In this document: piece by piece, positions 1-11,787 of the stretch
Layout of the letters: each line of letters opens with the position of its first letter
Numbering within the stretch: position 1 is the stretch's first letter
Origin: Blastocatellales bacterium
Lineage (GTDB): Bacteria; Acidobacteriota; Blastocatellia; RBC074
DNA: 64,000 bases
Reading direction: 5' to 3'
Assembly (NCBI GenBank): GCA_050187295.1
Contig: JBFWXQ010000009.1
Span: 16,785-80,784 of the forward strand
Position numbers and translations under genes: made by a program
The notes under the pieces: generated by a model
What the model saw: only the letters and a program-made list of their open reading frames with translations
Database searches by the model: none
Told to the model about the DNA's origin: nothing

Positions 1-1
1 A

Positions 2-1477
2 GTTGAAAACACCGAAGCAAACATTTCACTTTCACTGCTGCCACGAAACTTCACTTCCACAAACCCAACCGCCATTTCAATCAAAACGGTTGAGCCGTTA
101 TCAGCCGCAAGTTCGCATCATCGTTTTGTGCTGCGCGTTGAAAAGCCTGAGCTGTGGTGGACCTGGGATCACGGCAAACCGAATCTTTACACGCTGGATG
201 TTCGCGTCAAATCTGGCAGCGAATTGTCGGATCAAACTTCGATGGCCGTCGGCATTCGAGAGATAGAGCATGTTGACTGGAAGTTTTATCTGAACGGGCG
301 ACGGATGTTCATTCGCGGGACGAACTTTTATTACAACCTGTTTCAATCCGAAGTCAGTCGCGCGGATTACGAGCGCGATTTCAAACTGATGCTGGGGATG
401 AACATAAATATGATCCGGTTGCATTGCAATTTCAGCAATCCGGAATTTTACGATCTGGCTGACGAATCGGGCATGCTGGTCTTTCAGGATTTTCTGGAGG
501 CCTGGTATCCCGAAGACCGGGCGTTCAGTTTGAAAGCCGCGCGGCTTTACGATCCGTTGATTCGTTACGTTCGCAATCATCCGTCGGTGGCATTGTGGGC
601 GACCAGCGACGAAGAGTCTTTGGAAAATTACCGCGACCTGACCAAACATCTTGAACCGCGACTTTACGCGCTTGATCCTCAACGGCGAATGGTTCAACGC
701 TCAACCGGGCGTTATGGCGATGCTCACGTTTACGAAGGCTGGTATGGCGGGACGATCTGGGCTTATGCTCAGACAAACGAAAAATTCATTTCCGAACTCG
801 GCGCGACGGCCTTGCCAAATTACGAAAGCGTCATCAGGTTTCTGCCCAACCATTGGCCGATCAAAGATCACCCGGACGAATGGATTTTTCACAAACTGCA
901 AATCCCCGAAGCGATGCGCGCCTGGGGTTCGCCCGAAGGAATGAGCTTGCGTGAATACATTCCGCAAACTCAGGATTACGTCGCGCGATTGTTCCAACTG
1001 GCGATAGAGCGAATGCGACGCATCAAATATCAACCGTCGGGCGGCATTCTGCATTTTCACGCAATTGATCTGTGGCCTTCGGTGACGATGGCGGCGATAG
1101 ATTTTTACCGGCAACCGACAAAAGCTTACTTCACCGTGCAACGGTCATTTCAAATGGTTCTGCCTTCTTTCGCCTATGACCGCGACACCTGGCAAAGCGG
1201 CGATACGGTGAAAACCGAACTGTGGCTGATCAACGATCATTGGTTTCAAATTCCAAATGCAACGGCCAGTTGGCGAGTGGAAGACGACGCAAAGAAGATT
1301 GTCGCTTCTATCAACTCGCCGCAGAAAGTTACGCTTGCTGCCGATTCTTCGCGAAAGCTGATGGATGTCAGTTTCAAAGCTGGCACGCCCGGCAAATACA
1401 TTCTGTGGGCGAAAATCGTTGATGAACAGGGTAAAACAATTTCAGAAAACAACTATGAATTCACTGTAAGTCAATAA
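2..1477 (+). CDS. Glycoside hydrolase family 2 (beta-mannosidase-like), 5'-truncated by window edge
   Basis: Frame is open from position 2. [55 protein letters not shown] and RNHPSVALW are GH2 motifs. Confidence 0.85.
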   Translation, partial: VENTEANISLSLLPRNFTSTNPTAISIKTVEPLSAASSHHRFVLRVEKPELWWTWDHGKPNLYTLDVRVKSGSELSDQTSMAVGIREIEHVDWKFYLNGRRMFIRGTNFYYNLFQSEVSRADYERDFKLMLGMNINMIRLHCNFSNPEFYDLADESGMLVFQDFLEAWYPEDRAFSLKAARLYDPLIRYVRNHPSVALWATSDEESLENYRDLTKHLEPRLYALDPQRRMVQRSTGRYGDAHVYEGWYGGTIWAYAQTNEKFISELGATALPNYESVIRFLPNHWPIKDHPDEWIFHKLQIPEAMRAWGSPEGMSLREYIPQTQDYVARLFQLAIERMRRIKYQPSGGILHFHAIDLWPSVTMAAIDFYRQPTKAYFTVQRSFQMVLPSFAYDRDTWQSGDTVKTELWLINDHWFQIPNATASWRVEDDAKKIVASINSPQKVTLAADSSRKLMDVSFKAGTPGKYILWAKIVDEQGKTISENNYEFTVSQ

Positions 1478-1496
1478 TCGCTTTGACCAACCGGCC

Positions 1497-4349
1497 ATGC
1501 CTGATCACTCCCACAATCTCAGTCACTTCAAAGCAGAAGTTCCCGCACTTCTGGCCATCATTGCCGTTTTCGCGCTTTTCTTCTGGCCCGCGACTTTCAA
1601 TGGACAGCTTCTGATTTTCAGCGATTCACTGGTTTATTCGTATCCGCTGAGAGCTGTGGCCTTTGACATGCTTCGTCACGGAACATTGCCGTTGTGGACT
1701 CCGGCTGTACTTTCGGGCTATCCGCTGCTTTCAATGGCGCAACTGGGATTGGGTTATCCGCTGACCTGGTTTTATCTGCCGTTGCCGGGTTATTGGGCCG
1801 AACAGATTTATGTGCTTGCGCCTTATCTGCTATCGCCGATTTTCAATTACTTCTATCTTCGTCAGATTGATTGCAGCCGCGCCGCCAGCCTGCTTGGCGG
1901 ATTGAGCTTCACTTACGGCGGAATGATGGCTGGCGGATTGGCTCACAATGGAATGTTCACGAATGCAGTCATGTGGTTGCCGTTGATGCTGATTGCGATT
2001 GAACGCTCGCGTACTGGCAGATTCGGGCTTTGCCTGATCGGCGTCGCTTCGGCGTATTCAATGTCTGTGCTGACAGGCATTGGTCAGGCGTTTTTGTACG
2101 TCGGATTGATTGCGATTGCCTACTCGATTTTCGCCGGCTTTGTCTTATCGAATGGCAGAAGGTGGAAACCAGTGCTGGCCTGTTTCGGCGGTATGACATT
2201 AGCGGCAGGCGTCGCGGCTTTTCAGATTCTGGAAACAATGCGCGCGCAACGCCGCAGCATTCGCAGTGAGTTGAGCTACGAGGTTTTCAGCGGCGGAGGT
2301 TTCACCTTCACTCAATCGCTGAAAGCATTGATCGCGCCTTACTACCATCTGAATTGGGAAGCGACTCCATACATTGCTTTGCTCAGCGGAATTCTGGCGT
2401 TCGCGGCGATGATTGCAGCTTTTCGTTCTCCGACGAAACATCCCAGGACTTTCTTCTGGCTGTTGATTGCTGTGTTCGGGTGGTTGTTGATGATGGGTGA
2501 TCACACGCCCTTGTACCGGCTGGCTTTTCACATTCCGCTGTTCAATCGTTTTCGGTTGCCGTGGCGGCACACTTTCGAATGGTCGTTGGCCGTCGGAATG
2601 CTCGCCGCGTTCGGATTCGACATTGTGCGAAATTTGTTTGCCGTCAAAACAAAGACCCTGAAGCAACAGCGCTGGCAGTTGTGGGCCGGATTGATTCTGT
2701 TGATCGGTTTGATCTGGCTGGCAATTGTCTGGTGGCAGGTTTCCGGTTTGCGATTGGCCGCCGGCGAAGCATTGATGAAAGATGGCGAATCCACTCAATA
2801 CATCACGGAGTCGCAAACAAGCTGGATAATTTTCAAACTGGCATTCACTGCGCTGGCTTGTCTGACACTTGCCTGGCTCTGGCGTTTGAAAGATTCCAGG
2901 TGGCGAAACGCGATGTTGGCGATGACTGTCGCACTGGCCTGTTGCCTGGAAGCGTTCATGCTGGTTTCCGTCTGGTGGTTTCCTTACGCCAGACCGTCAA
3001 ATTATTTCCGAACGGATTCGGCAATCTCACAGTTTTTGAAACAGCGGCTTAACGGCAATGAGCGCATTTACACCTCAGCCGCCGATTATTCTGCGCTGAA
3101 TAAATCGCTGGCCGGAATTCATAATCTGTCGGCGTTGGATGGATTTCAAAACTCCGCCGGATACGAACCGTTGATGCTGGAACGATACAATCAGGCGTTT
3201 GAAAATCGCTGGTCATTTTTCACGCCCTGGTTCGCAGCGCCAACCGACGCGCAATTGCTGTCCCCGCAATGGCGAGTGCTGGATATTTTGAACGCGCGTT
3301 TTCTGATCGAATATTCGGCCTCGGTCGGGAAGACCATTGAAAGAGACGGCTTCATTTTCTCTTCGCGCGACATCGCGCTGACAATTTCGCCGAAAAGCAC
3401 AGTGATTTTAAGTGGGGCTTCAGGCATTTCCGACTCGCTTTCGATAGTCAGCAATCTGGCGAATTCAGCCGATCTGGTTCAAGGTTCAACCGTCGGCAGA
3501 ATCAAATTTCATTTGACTGACGGTCGTATCATCGAACGCGAACTGAAAGCCGGAATTGACACTGCTGAATGGGCGCACGAACGCCCGGATGTCAAAGCGA
3601 CGATCAAACACGGGCTCCCAACGGTTTTTGAAAGGCTTCCGGGCGATGATCAAAACAGCTTCCCTGCCAATCGTTATCGCGCGCGAATTGAATTGGGAGA
3701 ATCAGCAACTGTTGATCGAATTGAAATTGAGAACGTGGCTGAAAGAGCCTCATTGGCTATTAACAAAGCGGCATTGGTTGATTCGGCTGATCACAGAGCG
3801 TCAGGGCTGACTCAGCGATTGCCGGATCATTGGCGGAAAATTTATGAGCACGATGGAGTTTTGATTTTTGAAAACCAGCGGGTTATGCCTCGTGTCTGGT
3901 TGAACGCTTCGGCCGAAGCCGTCAGCCAAGACGAGGCCTTGCGGCGGATTCGCGGACAAAGCGAGAAATCATTCGATCCCAAACAGTTTGCGTTGCTGGA
4001 AGCGCCGACTGATGAATTGAGCGGATTAACCGGCGGCGAACTCGGCCAAAACGACGAGGCGAAGATTATTAACTATGAGCCGAACCGATTGCTCATCGAA
4101 ACGAGAACCACAAAACCAGTTGTGCTGGTCGTCAGCGAAATCAATTATCCCGGATGGGAAGCTACAGTAGACGGCGAGCAAGCCACAGTTTACGCAGCGG
4201 ATTATTTGCTGCGAGGAGTTATTCTGCCTGCTGGCAATCATAAAGTTGAGATGCGGTACACCGCTCCGGCAGCGCGGTCTGGGGCGATGATTTCAATATT
4301 GAGCCTGATATTGATTGCTGGTTTGTGGATCAAATCTGCGAGAGCTTAA
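1497..4349 (+). CDS. YfhO-family polytopic membrane protein (GT-C-type glycosyltransferase-like)
   Basis: Many TM segments; N-terminal [12 protein letters not shown] and C-terminal [14 protein letters not shown]...GNHKVEMRY motifs typical of YfhO. Confidence 0.8.
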   Translation: MPDHSHNLSHFKAEVPALLAIIAVFALFFWPATFNGQLLIFSDSLVYSYPLRAVAFDMLRHGTLPLWTPAVLSGYPLLSMAQLGLGYPLTWFYLPLPGYWAEQIYVLAPYLLSPIFNYFYLRQIDCSRAASLLGGLSFTYGGMMAGGLAHNGMFTNAVMWLPLMLIAIERSRTGRFGLCLIGVASAYSMSVLTGIGQAFLYVGLIAIAYSIFAGFVLSNGRRWKPVLACFGGMTLAAGVAAFQILETMRAQRRSIRSELSYEVFSGGGFTFTQSLKALIAPYYHLNWEATPYIALLSGILAFAAMIAAFRSPTKHPRTFFWLLIAVFGWLLMMGDHTPLYRLAFHIPLFNRFRLPWRHTFEWSLAVGMLAAFGFDIVRNLFAVKTKTLKQQRWQLWAGLILLIGLIWLAIVWWQVSGLRLAAGEALMKDGESTQYITESQTSWIIFKLAFTALACLTLAWLWRLKDSRWRNAMLAMTVALACCLEAFMLVSVWWFPYARPSNYFRTDSAISQFLKQRLNGNERIYTSAADYSALNKSLAGIHNLSALDGFQNSAGYEPLMLERYNQAFENRWSFFTPWFAAPTDAQLLSPQWRVLDILNARFLIEYSASVGKTIERDGFIFSSRDIALTISPKSTVILSGASGISDSLSIVSNLANSADLVQGSTVGRIKFHLTDGRIIERELKAGIDTAEWAHERPDVKATIKHGLPTVFERLPGDDQNSFPANRYRARIELGESATVDRIEIENVAERASLAINKAALVDSADHRASGLTQRLPDHWRKIYEHDGVLIFENQRVMPRVWLNASAEAVSQDEALRRIRGQSEKSFDPKQFALLEAPTDELSGLTGGELGQNDEAKIINYEPNRLLIETRTTKPVVLVVSEINYPGWEATVDGEQATVYAADYLLRGVILPAGNHKVEMRYTAPAARSGAMISILSLILIAGLWIKSARA

Positions 4350-5893
4350 TCAATCCTTTTGATGCGGCCTTCAACCTTAGGAGCGACCTCACCGACAGCC
4401 TTGATGAAGTTGGCCAGAATCGTGCTGTCAATTTCAGCCGATTCTTCATTGATCAGGAATTTCGCCCCCTTGAACATTGTGTAACCGTCGCCACCGCCAA
4501 TCAGATAAGCATTGGATGACAGGGAGTAGGTTTTCTTTTCATCCAGCGGCTGGCCATTGACCGTGACTTTTACCACCCGCGAACCGGTTGGTTTGCGGCC
4601 ATCATATTCAAATGCCAGACCTGACACCTGCGGAAAACGCCCGTTTTCTGATTCTTCGACAACCCGGCTGACTCCGTTTTCCAGCGCGGCTTTGATCTGA
4701 GCGCCAGTCGCTTCAACTTTCACCACTGGATTTTGAAACGGCAGGATCGAAATCACATCGCGTTTGGTCAGCGCGCCGATGGCAAAAGTCGTATTGGCGC
4801 GAATCGAACCACCGTTGAAAATCACCACATCAGAGTTCGTTCCCTGCCTCAATGAATCTGCAATCAGATTGCCGAGGTTCGTTTCGCGATTGCGAACGTT
4901 CGCGTTCAGCGCGTCCAAAGTGACCGCAGTCCGACCAATCGGTTTATCCATTTCGGCTGACAGCTTGTTTTCGTAATCATTGATGATGGCAGCGGCGGCG
5001 GGATCATCAGGAGTTGCGTCTGTCACAGGAATGCCCGCCCAATCAATGCTTTCAATCGTGTGAGTTGTGGCATTGACGTTCAGATCAATTCGGCCAAGTG
5101 TTCTGGCGTCCGACCCCCATTTGAAAATCGGAGTGCGTCCGGCCTGTGATTGCAGCAGTTCATGTTCATGTCCGCCCAGAATCACATCTATCAATCCGGT
5201 GCGCGCCAAATTCTTGTCCTCACTCATTGCCAGGTGTGTAACCGCAATGATGATCCTTGCGCCTGCGGCTCGCATTTGCGGAACCAGTCTTCTGGCGGTG
5301 GCAATTGGATCAATGAAACGCACGTTATCTCCGGGGCTGGAGCTGGTTTTTGTGTCAGTCGTCAGCAAGCCAATGATCCCGATTTTGACACCATCGAAGT
5401 TGCGAATGACGTAAGGAGGCATTCCGTTGAATGTTTTTCCCGTGTCGCGGTCAATGACGTTTGATCCCAGCCAGACGAATTTCGATTCTTTCATACGCTG
5501 AATGAGTACGTCGTTGCCGAAATCAAATTCGTGATTGCCCAGCGCGGCGTAATCCAAACCGATGGCATTCCAGACAGCGATCACCTGCTCGCCTTTGAAA
5601 ACTGTGGATGCGACTGACGGAGAGATTGTATCGCCAGCGAGGAAAAACAATGTGTTGGGCGATTCCGCCAATATATTTTTTCTCAATGTAGCGACGCGCG
5701 CGAGTCCGGCGTTTTTGCCTTTGTCAACCGGCGATATTTGGTAAACGTCGTTTAGTTGCAAGAGCGTAATTCGCAACGTTCGATCAGGTTCCGGCTTGGT
5801 ACTTGTTTGCGCCTGGACGGAAACGGCAAGCAGAGCCAGTGAAGCCAGTAGAGATAAAGCAATTCGCCGCAATACACGAAGGGGGGAGTCCAT
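4346..5893 (-). CDS. Bifunctional UDP-sugar hydrolase/5'-nucleotidase (UshA family), exported
   Basis: Signal peptide; metallophosphatase motifs [24 protein letters not shown]; C-terminal [17 protein letters not shown] and FPQVSG. Confidence 0.92.
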   Translation of the reverse strand: MDSPLRVLRRIALSLLASLALLAVSVQAQTSTKPEPDRTLRITLLQLNDVYQISPVDKGKNAGLARVATLRKNILAESPNTLFFLAGDTISPSVASTVFKGEQVIAVWNAIGLDYAALGNHEFDFGNDVLIQRMKESKFVWLGSNVIDRDTGKTFNGMPPYVIRNFDGVKIGIIGLLTTDTKTSSSPGDNVRFIDPIATARRLVPQMRAAGARIIIAVTHLAMSEDKNLARTGLIDVILGGHEHELLQSQAGRTPIFKWGSDARTLGRIDLNVNATTHTIESIDWAGIPVTDATPDDPAAAAIINDYENKLSAEMDKPIGRTAVTLDALNANVRNRETNLGNLIADSLRQGTNSDVVIFNGGSIRANTTFAIGALTKRDVISILPFQNPVVKVEATGAQIKAALENGVSRVVEESENGRFPQVSGLAFEYDGRKPTGSRVVKVTVNGQPLDEKKTYSLSSNAYLIGGGDGYTMFKGAKFLINEESAEIDSTILANFIKAVGEVAPKVEGRIKRID

Positions 5894-5987
5894 ATCGTTA
5901 ATCCTCCAGAAAGGTTTTGACAGAGTTGTTGTATAGCGCGGATGAAACTAACACAGGCCGGGTTTCAGATGAAATTGTCAGGAAGGC

Positions 5988-6019
5988 AAAAAAAATGAGG
6001 AGGCTAACAACGCCTCCTC
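5988..6019 (-). terminator. Intrinsic terminator after PDZ gene
   Basis: GAGGAGGC-taacaac-GCCTCCTC stem with an adjacent A-tract on + (U-tract on -). Confidence 0.65.
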
Positions 6020-6083
6020 GTAATTCGGGTCCGAAAACGTTCGGACACCTCACCCTGAACACCAAACACACACTCGAAAAACT

Positions 6084-7130
6084 CTATCGCTGACCGAACT
6101 GGACTTTGATGATTTGCTCTTCGCGATCCCGGACGATGCCGATTGCTACTTCATTCGCATCCTTTTCATCTTTATCAGTTCGATCCACCAGGCGGTTCAA
6201 ATCTGCCAGCGAATTTACCTTTTCGCCGTTGACGGCAATTATGCAATCTCCAGCTTTAATACCTGCGATCTCAGCGGCGGCGCCTGCTCTAACCTCGTTG
6301 ACCAGAACTCCATGGGTTACGTTGAAAAATTTTGCCAGTTGTTCATTCAACTGCGTAACGCGCACTCCTAACTGATAACGAGCGGCAGTAATGTTGTAAC
6401 TCAGACGCCGGGCATTTGGATTAATTTGTACCTTGCCTTCGCGTAATTCTTTTTCAGCCCAAGCCCTACGTTCTTCAGACGATTTGCGGAAAACCTTTTC
6501 TTCTTCCATTAAACGCGCAGCTTCTTTTTCATCGCCGCGCTTTCTTGCTTCTTCAGCCTGCCGCAACCGATCTTCAGCCGCATCCAAATCGGCATCGGCA
6601 TCGGCGAAAAGCTTCTGCTGATCGTCGCGTTGTGACGCCCGACGCTGTCCCAAACTGACGGCAATCTGTTTAACAATCCCCTGACGACTGACGCCCAACA
6701 TCACATTGTTACCTGGACCAGAATTGCTCAACAACTTATATAACTGTATCGGATTGTAGATTTGTTGATCGTTGAATGCGAGAATGACATCATTTTCTCT
6801 CAGCCCCGCTTTTGCAGCCGGACTGTCATCTTCCACCTTTCCAATAACCGCGCCGCGCGCTTCTGAGAGCCTTAATTCTCTTGCGCGATCTTCATTGATG
6901 TCACCTAGATAGACACCCAGAAATCCCCCGCCGCTTCTGTTACGAGCAATAGTAAAACCAGGTGTTTTGGAATCTTGAGTTACGTGCGGGATGCTCGTAT
7001 CACTCGACTGTGACAAAGCGTTGATGGATACAGCAGCAATCAGCAATAAAAACATCATCAACCTGACTAATTCAGTTCGCGAAGAACCGCGAACTGTTTT
7101 TCTAAACAGAGTCGAAATTTGATGACGCAT
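6084..7130 (-). CDS. Exported tandem PDZ-domain protein (DegP-like PDZs, no protease domain)
   Basis: Signal/TM segment; two PDZ domains (GFLGV...DSPAAKAGLRENDVI; QLGV...AAEIAGIKAGDCII) separated by a coiled coil. Confidence 0.8.
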   Translation of the reverse strand: MRHQISTLFRKTVRGSSRTELVRLMMFLLLIAAVSINALSQSSDTSIPHVTQDSKTPGFTIARNRSGGGFLGVYLGDINEDRARELRLSEARGAVIGKVEDDSPAAKAGLRENDVILAFNDQQIYNPIQLYKLLSNSGPGNNVMLGVSRQGIVKQIAVSLGQRRASQRDDQQKLFADADADLDAAEDRLRQAEEARKRGDEKEAARLMEEEKVFRKSSEERRAWAEKELREGKVQINPNARRLSYNITAARYQLGVRVTQLNEQLAKFFNVTHGVLVNEVRAGAAAEIAGIKAGDCIIAVNGEKVNSLADLNRLVDRTDKDEKDANEVAIGIVRDREEQIIKVQFGQR

Positions 7131-7193
7131 ACTTCGTGAAGATGATTACTACTTTGGCGTGTCCGATGCCGATCTCGCTTACACAGAGGGTTC

Positions 7194-7218
7194 AACGCCG
7201 CATCTCTGTCAAAGTTCC
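7194..7218 (-). promoter_or_regulatory. ECF (sigmaE-like) promoter upstream of PDZ gene
   Basis: Minus strand GGAAC-N16-CGTT, 64 nt upstream of the ATG. Confidence 0.5.
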
Positions 7219-7297
7219 ACAAAAAATTTAAATGCTCACATATATGGAAACAGCTGCGATCCAATGTCGCTGACACTTGAAGCCTGATAATGAATTG

Positions 7298-7864
7298 CTA
7301 CCCTTTGCTCAATTCGCGGTGGAGCCAGGCCTTCGCCAGTCCCCAATCCCGCATGACTGTGATCGGTGAAACCTTCAGCACCTCGGCAGTCTCATCAACA
7401 CTCAACCCTCCGAAATATCGCATTTCGACAACCTTGCTTTTGCGCAGATCAATTTTCGCAAGTTCGTTTAGCGCATCGTCAAGCGCGACAAGTTCAGCAA
7501 CAGGGTGATCGGACACAATCAACGCCTCATCGAGCGATACCTGCAGATTTCCTCCACCGCGCTTGTCAGCCTTTCTGGACAATGCGTAATTCACCAGAAT
7601 ATGGCGCATCGCCTGTGCCGCCACAGCGAAAAAGTGCGAGCGGTTTTGAAAATGTTTTTCTGACTGACCGAATATCTTGATAAACGCTTCGTGGATCAGC
7701 GCAGTGGTTTGCAAAGTGTGCCCGGGTTTCTGACGCGACATATGCTGTCTGGCCATCTGGTGTAGATCGTCGTAAATCAGCGGCATCAATTCATTCAGCG
7801 CCTCTTGATCTCCGTCTTTCCACTTGATCAGCAAATGAGTTATCTCATGAGTTGAAGACGACAT
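7298..7864 (-). CDS. ECF RNA polymerase sigma factor, kinase-associated type (TIGR02999-like)
   Basis: Likely start [12 protein letters not shown] at 7864 with GAAGGGA RBS; [68 protein letters not shown]. Confidence 0.92.
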   Translation of the reverse strand: MSSSTHEITHLLIKWKDGDQEALNELMPLIYDDLHQMARQHMSRQKPGHTLQTTALIHEAFIKIFGQSEKHFQNRSHFFAVAAQAMRHILVNYALSRKADKRGGGNLQVSLDEALIVSDHPVAELVALDDALNELAKIDLRKSKVVEMRYFGGLSVDETAEVLKVSPITVMRDWGLAKAWLHRELSKG

Positions 7865-7974
7865 AAGCGTTCCCTTCTTTCGACCAGGATAACTACGCAA
7901 TTTCCAGGAAAATATTAACATCAGCATCTTCGCCTGACTAAGCCAACCCGAAGAATGATTTTTTTTCGCCGGTA

Positions 7975-8017
7975 ATGATAGTTCCAACCGAGGAATTCTG
8001 TTTATTAAAGTGAGAGC
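7975..8017 (+). promoter_or_regulatory. Conserved 43-bp promoter-like motif, copy A (divergent from ECF gene)
   Basis: ATGATAGTT-ccaaccgaggaat-TCTGTTTAT-ta-AAGTGAGAGC; same layout as copies B and C. Confidence 0.7.
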
Positions 8018-8185
8018 GAAAAAAACCGGGCTTCGAGCAGCGGGGGGCGGCAACGAAGGCTTCCCAGACCGACAACAATGACGAAAAGGAAAGGAAACGT
8101 GGCGATCAACTTCTGAACCACCAAAACATTTATTACGAAGCGTCTGGAAATTGCCATTAGGGAATATCGTGGTGCCACGATGCCT

Positions 8186-8230
8186 AAAAAACAACCGGGG
8201 TGAAAACACTGTCACCCCGATTGTTTTTTT
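8186..8230. terminator. Probably bidirectional intrinsic terminator
   Basis: AAAAAACAAcCGGGGTGA-aaacactg-TCACCCCGaTTGTTTTTTT. Confidence 0.75.
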
Positions 8231-8322
8231 GGCTGTTTTTGAAAGCAGCTTTTGAAATTCCCCCCGGCCAGGCCAATCGCAAATGGATTGGATAACGAAG
8301 AACAAAATCCTCAAAATTGGAC

Positions 8323-11300
8323 TTATGATTTACTTCGGTCTTGGCTGCCTGCACCTGGTTTCGATAAAAGCAGTTCTTTTATTTTTACCTGGGCTTTGTA
8401 ACTGTCCCCATCAGATTCCAATGCATGTAGAAGCATGATTATGTTTACTGATGATGCTGCGATTGTTTTCCCATCCGGCGAAATGGCCAGCCTGTGAATC
8501 AGGTTTTTATGCCTGACAGACAGCAACTCCAGACCGGTACCGACATCCCATATTTTGACAGTTCCATCAAAAGATCCTGTTGCAACACGGTTTCCATCTG
8601 GGAAAAAAACGACGTTTATTACTGCTGCATGATGACCTACGAGGATAATATTAATTTTGCTTGTCGCTATATCCCATAAACGGATCGTGCCGTCTGATGT
8701 TGCAACTGCCAGCGTCTTACCGTCCGGTGAATATGAAACCATCGCAACGCTTGCGGGTTGAGCTAAAATCTTAAACTCACCCATTGTTGCCAAATCCCAA
8801 ATTTTTACAGTTTTTTCGCCTGCAGTTGCCAGGTACTTACCATCAGGAGAAAAAGCCACCGAGGCTATTTCATCAGTGTGACCTCTAATGGCTTTGATTT
8901 CCCTGCCAGTATCAAAATCCCATATTCTGACCGTATGATCAGAGCTTCCAGTAGCCAGAAGCTTACCATCAGGAGATATTGATATAGTGATTATTCTTTC
9001 GGAGTGACCACGCATGGTATTAAGCAGTTTGCCCGTGGATGCATCCCAAACTGTTGCGCCACCATCGTTGTTAGCCGTTGCAATTCTTTTTCCATCAGGT
9101 GAAATACTTAATGCAATGACACCCGAACCACTGTCTCCAAATATTTTTGTAACAGTCATTGTGCTGAGATCCCAGATTTTGACCTCTCCAAGCCATCTTG
9201 AAGTGATCAATGATCGGTTGTCAGGTGAAAAGGCCATTGAAAAAACAGCGTTTGACTCGGGGTGCGATATGACGAATTGTTCCTGCTTTGTTGCAGTGTC
9301 CCATAACTTGATGACGCCATCCTTTCCGCTGGAGGCGAGAATCCTGCCATTGTTCGAGAAGGCCACTGAATCTATGCCTATTCCATGTCCCTTGAATTCA
9401 TTCAGCAGTTCCAGGGTCGGCGCCGAGTAGATTCTGACAATACGGTCAGAACCGCCAACAGCCAAAGAAGCTCCATCCGGAGAAAATGCAAGCGTTAATA
9501 CTGCCCCGGGAGTTCTAATAACTTTTCGCGGTAGGAGTGTAAGGGTTGCAGTTCGATGAAGCCTCTCAAGATTAATCGAGGCCAGGTCCCAAAGACAGAC
9601 TGTGGTGTTTCCGGCTCCTGTAGCCAGATACTTACCGTCGGGAGAGAAAACCATACTGAAAATCGGATCGAGCTGTCCTTTAAGAGACAGGAGTTCTCTT
9701 CCGGTTTCAGGATCCCATAGCCTCGTCAGGTAATCTACAGATCCTGTTGCGAGCAATTTGCCGTCAGGAGAAAAGGCAACAGACACCACCCATTCGGGAT
9801 GTGGTAATGTCAAAAGATTCTTCCCCGATCTGACGTCCCAGATCCTGACGCTCTTGTCTTTGCTGGCTGTGGCAATCGTCTTTCCATCCGGGGAAAAAGT
9901 GACTGCATAAACGGAAGACAAATGTCCCGTCAATGTAACCGTTTCTGCCCCATTGGTTGCATCCCAAACTTTTACAAAATTATCTTCCCCTGAAGAGGCA
10001 AGAGTTCGACCATCAGGCGAAATGGCGATGGACCAAACATTTCCCTGATGACCACTCAAAGTCATAATTCTTTTTCCGGTCAGGATATCCCATATTTTGA
10101 CCATCGAATCGAACCCGCAGGTTGCCAGTCTTGAGTTATCAGGAAAGAAAGCGACAGAGGATTCAACAAAATCCGATGTTGAGGCCGCGTCGTCCGAATT
10201 ACTAATGGATTTCAATTCACTGTTGGCCAGCCCCCAAAGGTAATTCCATTCAAAACCTCGCAGATCGCGCTCGCCGGGCTTTGGAATATGATTCTTCAGT
10301 AAATCAATCATCCTCGATACGCCAGCGTCTTCCCACGCTTTCATCGCCAGGTTCATTTGAGCGGCGTAGAGTTGTTGCCGATTTGTTTCTTCCCTTGATC
10401 TGGCAAGGTTTCGCTGCTGAATAGCAAGGATGGCCAGAATAGAAATGATCACCAGAATCACCGCAGCAATCGCTGCAGTTCGAATGATACCTCGCCTGTA
10501 GGCGGCTCGTTGGCGGCGAAGCTCTGCGTCTGGCATGTGCTCCTTAATCCACTCTCGGTCAAAGACGCGTTCGTAAATCCGATTTCTGACTTTCAGATAT
10601 CCATCCTGACGACGGGTGATACCTGACAAATGCAGCGCCGTGACCAGCAGATTTGTTTCGTCATCGGCCACACGTTTCCCACTGTGAACCTCGTCGTAAA
10701 GCGTCAGCAAACCGGCGACTTCGACATCGCTGCGGAGCAGACGTTCGCGAACAAAGATCAGGTTGTCGTCGCCATCCTGTGCCCGGCGCGTGAAAAATAT
10801 CTCCTCACACAAACGGTCTATGCTGTGGCCATCATTCGCTTTTCCATCTTGAGAGATTGCCAAACAGAGCCGCTGTGTCAGATACGGATGACCACCAGTC
10901 CAATAAAAAACCCTGTTCAACAATTCAATGCCTATCTGCTTATCCCGACCCAGCCCCTGGGCCAGTGGCGCGGCTTCCTCTTTAGTAAAGTCGCGGAGTT
11001 CGATTCGCTGGCCAATGTTGAATGGCGTCATCCGCGTATCGCGTATCAGGTCTGAGGGGGAGGCTACGCCAAGCAGGCAGAAGGTCAGTCGCTCCAGTTC
11101 GCTTTCGGATGTTCGACGATTGTAGAACTCACGGATTCCGGCGAAGAATTCATCGGTCGAAAACGGCAGACTGCGGACTGTGTCAATCTCGTCAATGAAG
11201 ATCACCAGTCGTCCCGGGTAACGCGGCAGCACGACTTCATCAATGGCGCTCATCCATCGCTGCAACAGGCCGAGCCTGGGATGGTTGAACCAGAATTCTT

Positions 11301-11637
11301 CCAGTTCATCTTCCAGTTGTAGCTGGCGGCCAATCCGGCTGAGCAATCCGTCATACCACTGCTCTGCCGTCAGGTTCTGGCCGATGGCCGTCAGGTCAAG
11401 CACAGCTACACCAATCCCGGCTTCGCGCAAACGCGCTGCCGTTCTGATCATCAGGCTGGATTTACCCATCTGGCGCGAAGTGAGCACGTAGCAAAACTGG
11501 CCTTGTTTGAGATTATCAAACAGGTATTGATCGGCCTGGCGATGGACATAACAGGCGGCGTCGCTGCGAAGAGTCCCGCCGGTAATGTAAAATTTGGATG
11601 TGATGGACTGCCCCATCGAAGTCTCACGGTCAATCAT
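8323..11637 (-). CDS. AAA_35 NTPase - TM - WD40 repeat protein, paralog 1
   Basis: Walker [10 protein letters not shown], Walker [25 protein letters not shown]; TM segment [19 protein letters not shown]; roughly 13-14 GH...WD repeats. Confidence 0.9.
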   Translation of the reverse strand: MIDRETSMGQSITSKFYITGGTLRSDAACYVHRQADQYLFDNLKQGQFCYVLTSRQMGKSSLMIRTAARLREAGIGVAVLDLTAIGQNLTAEQWYDGLLSRIGRQLQLEDELEEFWFNHPRLGLLQRWMSAIDEVVLPRYPGRLVIFIDEIDTVRSLPFSTDEFFAGIREFYNRRTSESELERLTFCLLGVASPSDLIRDTRMTPFNIGQRIELRDFTKEEAAPLAQGLGRDKQIGIELLNRVFYWTGGHPYLTQRLCLAISQDGKANDGHSIDRLCEEIFFTRRAQDGDDNLIFVRERLLRSDVEVAGLLTLYDEVHSGKRVADDETNLLVTALHLSGITRRQDGYLKVRNRIYERVFDREWIKEHMPDAELRRQRAAYRRGIIRTAAIAAVILVIISILAILAIQQRNLARSREETNRQQLYAAQMNLAMKAWEDAGVSRMIDLLKNHIPKPGERDLRGFEWNYLWGLANSELKSISNSDDAASTSDFVESSVAFFPDNSRLATCGFDSMVKIWDILTGKRIMTLSGHQGNVWSIAISPDGRTLASSGEDNFVKVWDATNGAETVTLTGHLSSVYAVTFSPDGKTIATASKDKSVRIWDVRSGKNLLTLPHPEWVVSVAFSPDGKLLATGSVDYLTRLWDPETGRELLSLKGQLDPIFSMVFSPDGKYLATGAGNTTVCLWDLASINLERLHRTATLTLLPRKVIRTPGAVLTLAFSPDGASLAVGGSDRIVRIYSAPTLELLNEFKGHGIGIDSVAFSNNGRILASSGKDGVIKLWDTATKQEQFVISHPESNAVFSMAFSPDNRSLITSRWLGEVKIWDLSTMTVTKIFGDSGSGVIALSISPDGKRIATANNDGGATVWDASTGKLLNTMRGHSERIITISISPDGKLLATGSSDHTVRIWDFDTGREIKAIRGHTDEIASVAFSPDGKYLATAGEKTVKIWDLATMGEFKILAQPASVAMVSYSPDGKTLAVATSDGTIRLWDIATSKINIILVGHHAAVINVVFFPDGNRVATGSFDGTVKIWDVGTGLELLSVRHKNLIHRLAISPDGKTIAASSVNIIMLLHALESDGDSYKAQVKIKELLLSKPGAGSQDRSKS

Positions 11638-11787
11638 GGCTGTCTCTTCTCGTAATTCAGGCAGTGATACCTACATTCATTCAATTAGTACACGTAACTA
11701 GTGATATACAATCTTCGTATAAACCGATGTCATAACCTACCAGATGCAGTCTTTATTAAAATGAAAATGAAGCTTTCTGATTGAAAT

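Noticed and set aside
7865-8314. 150-aa N-terminal extension of the ECF ORF in the track
   Set aside because: Not sigma-like; it overlaps a terminator and motif copy A; an RBS and typical N-terminus exist at 7864.
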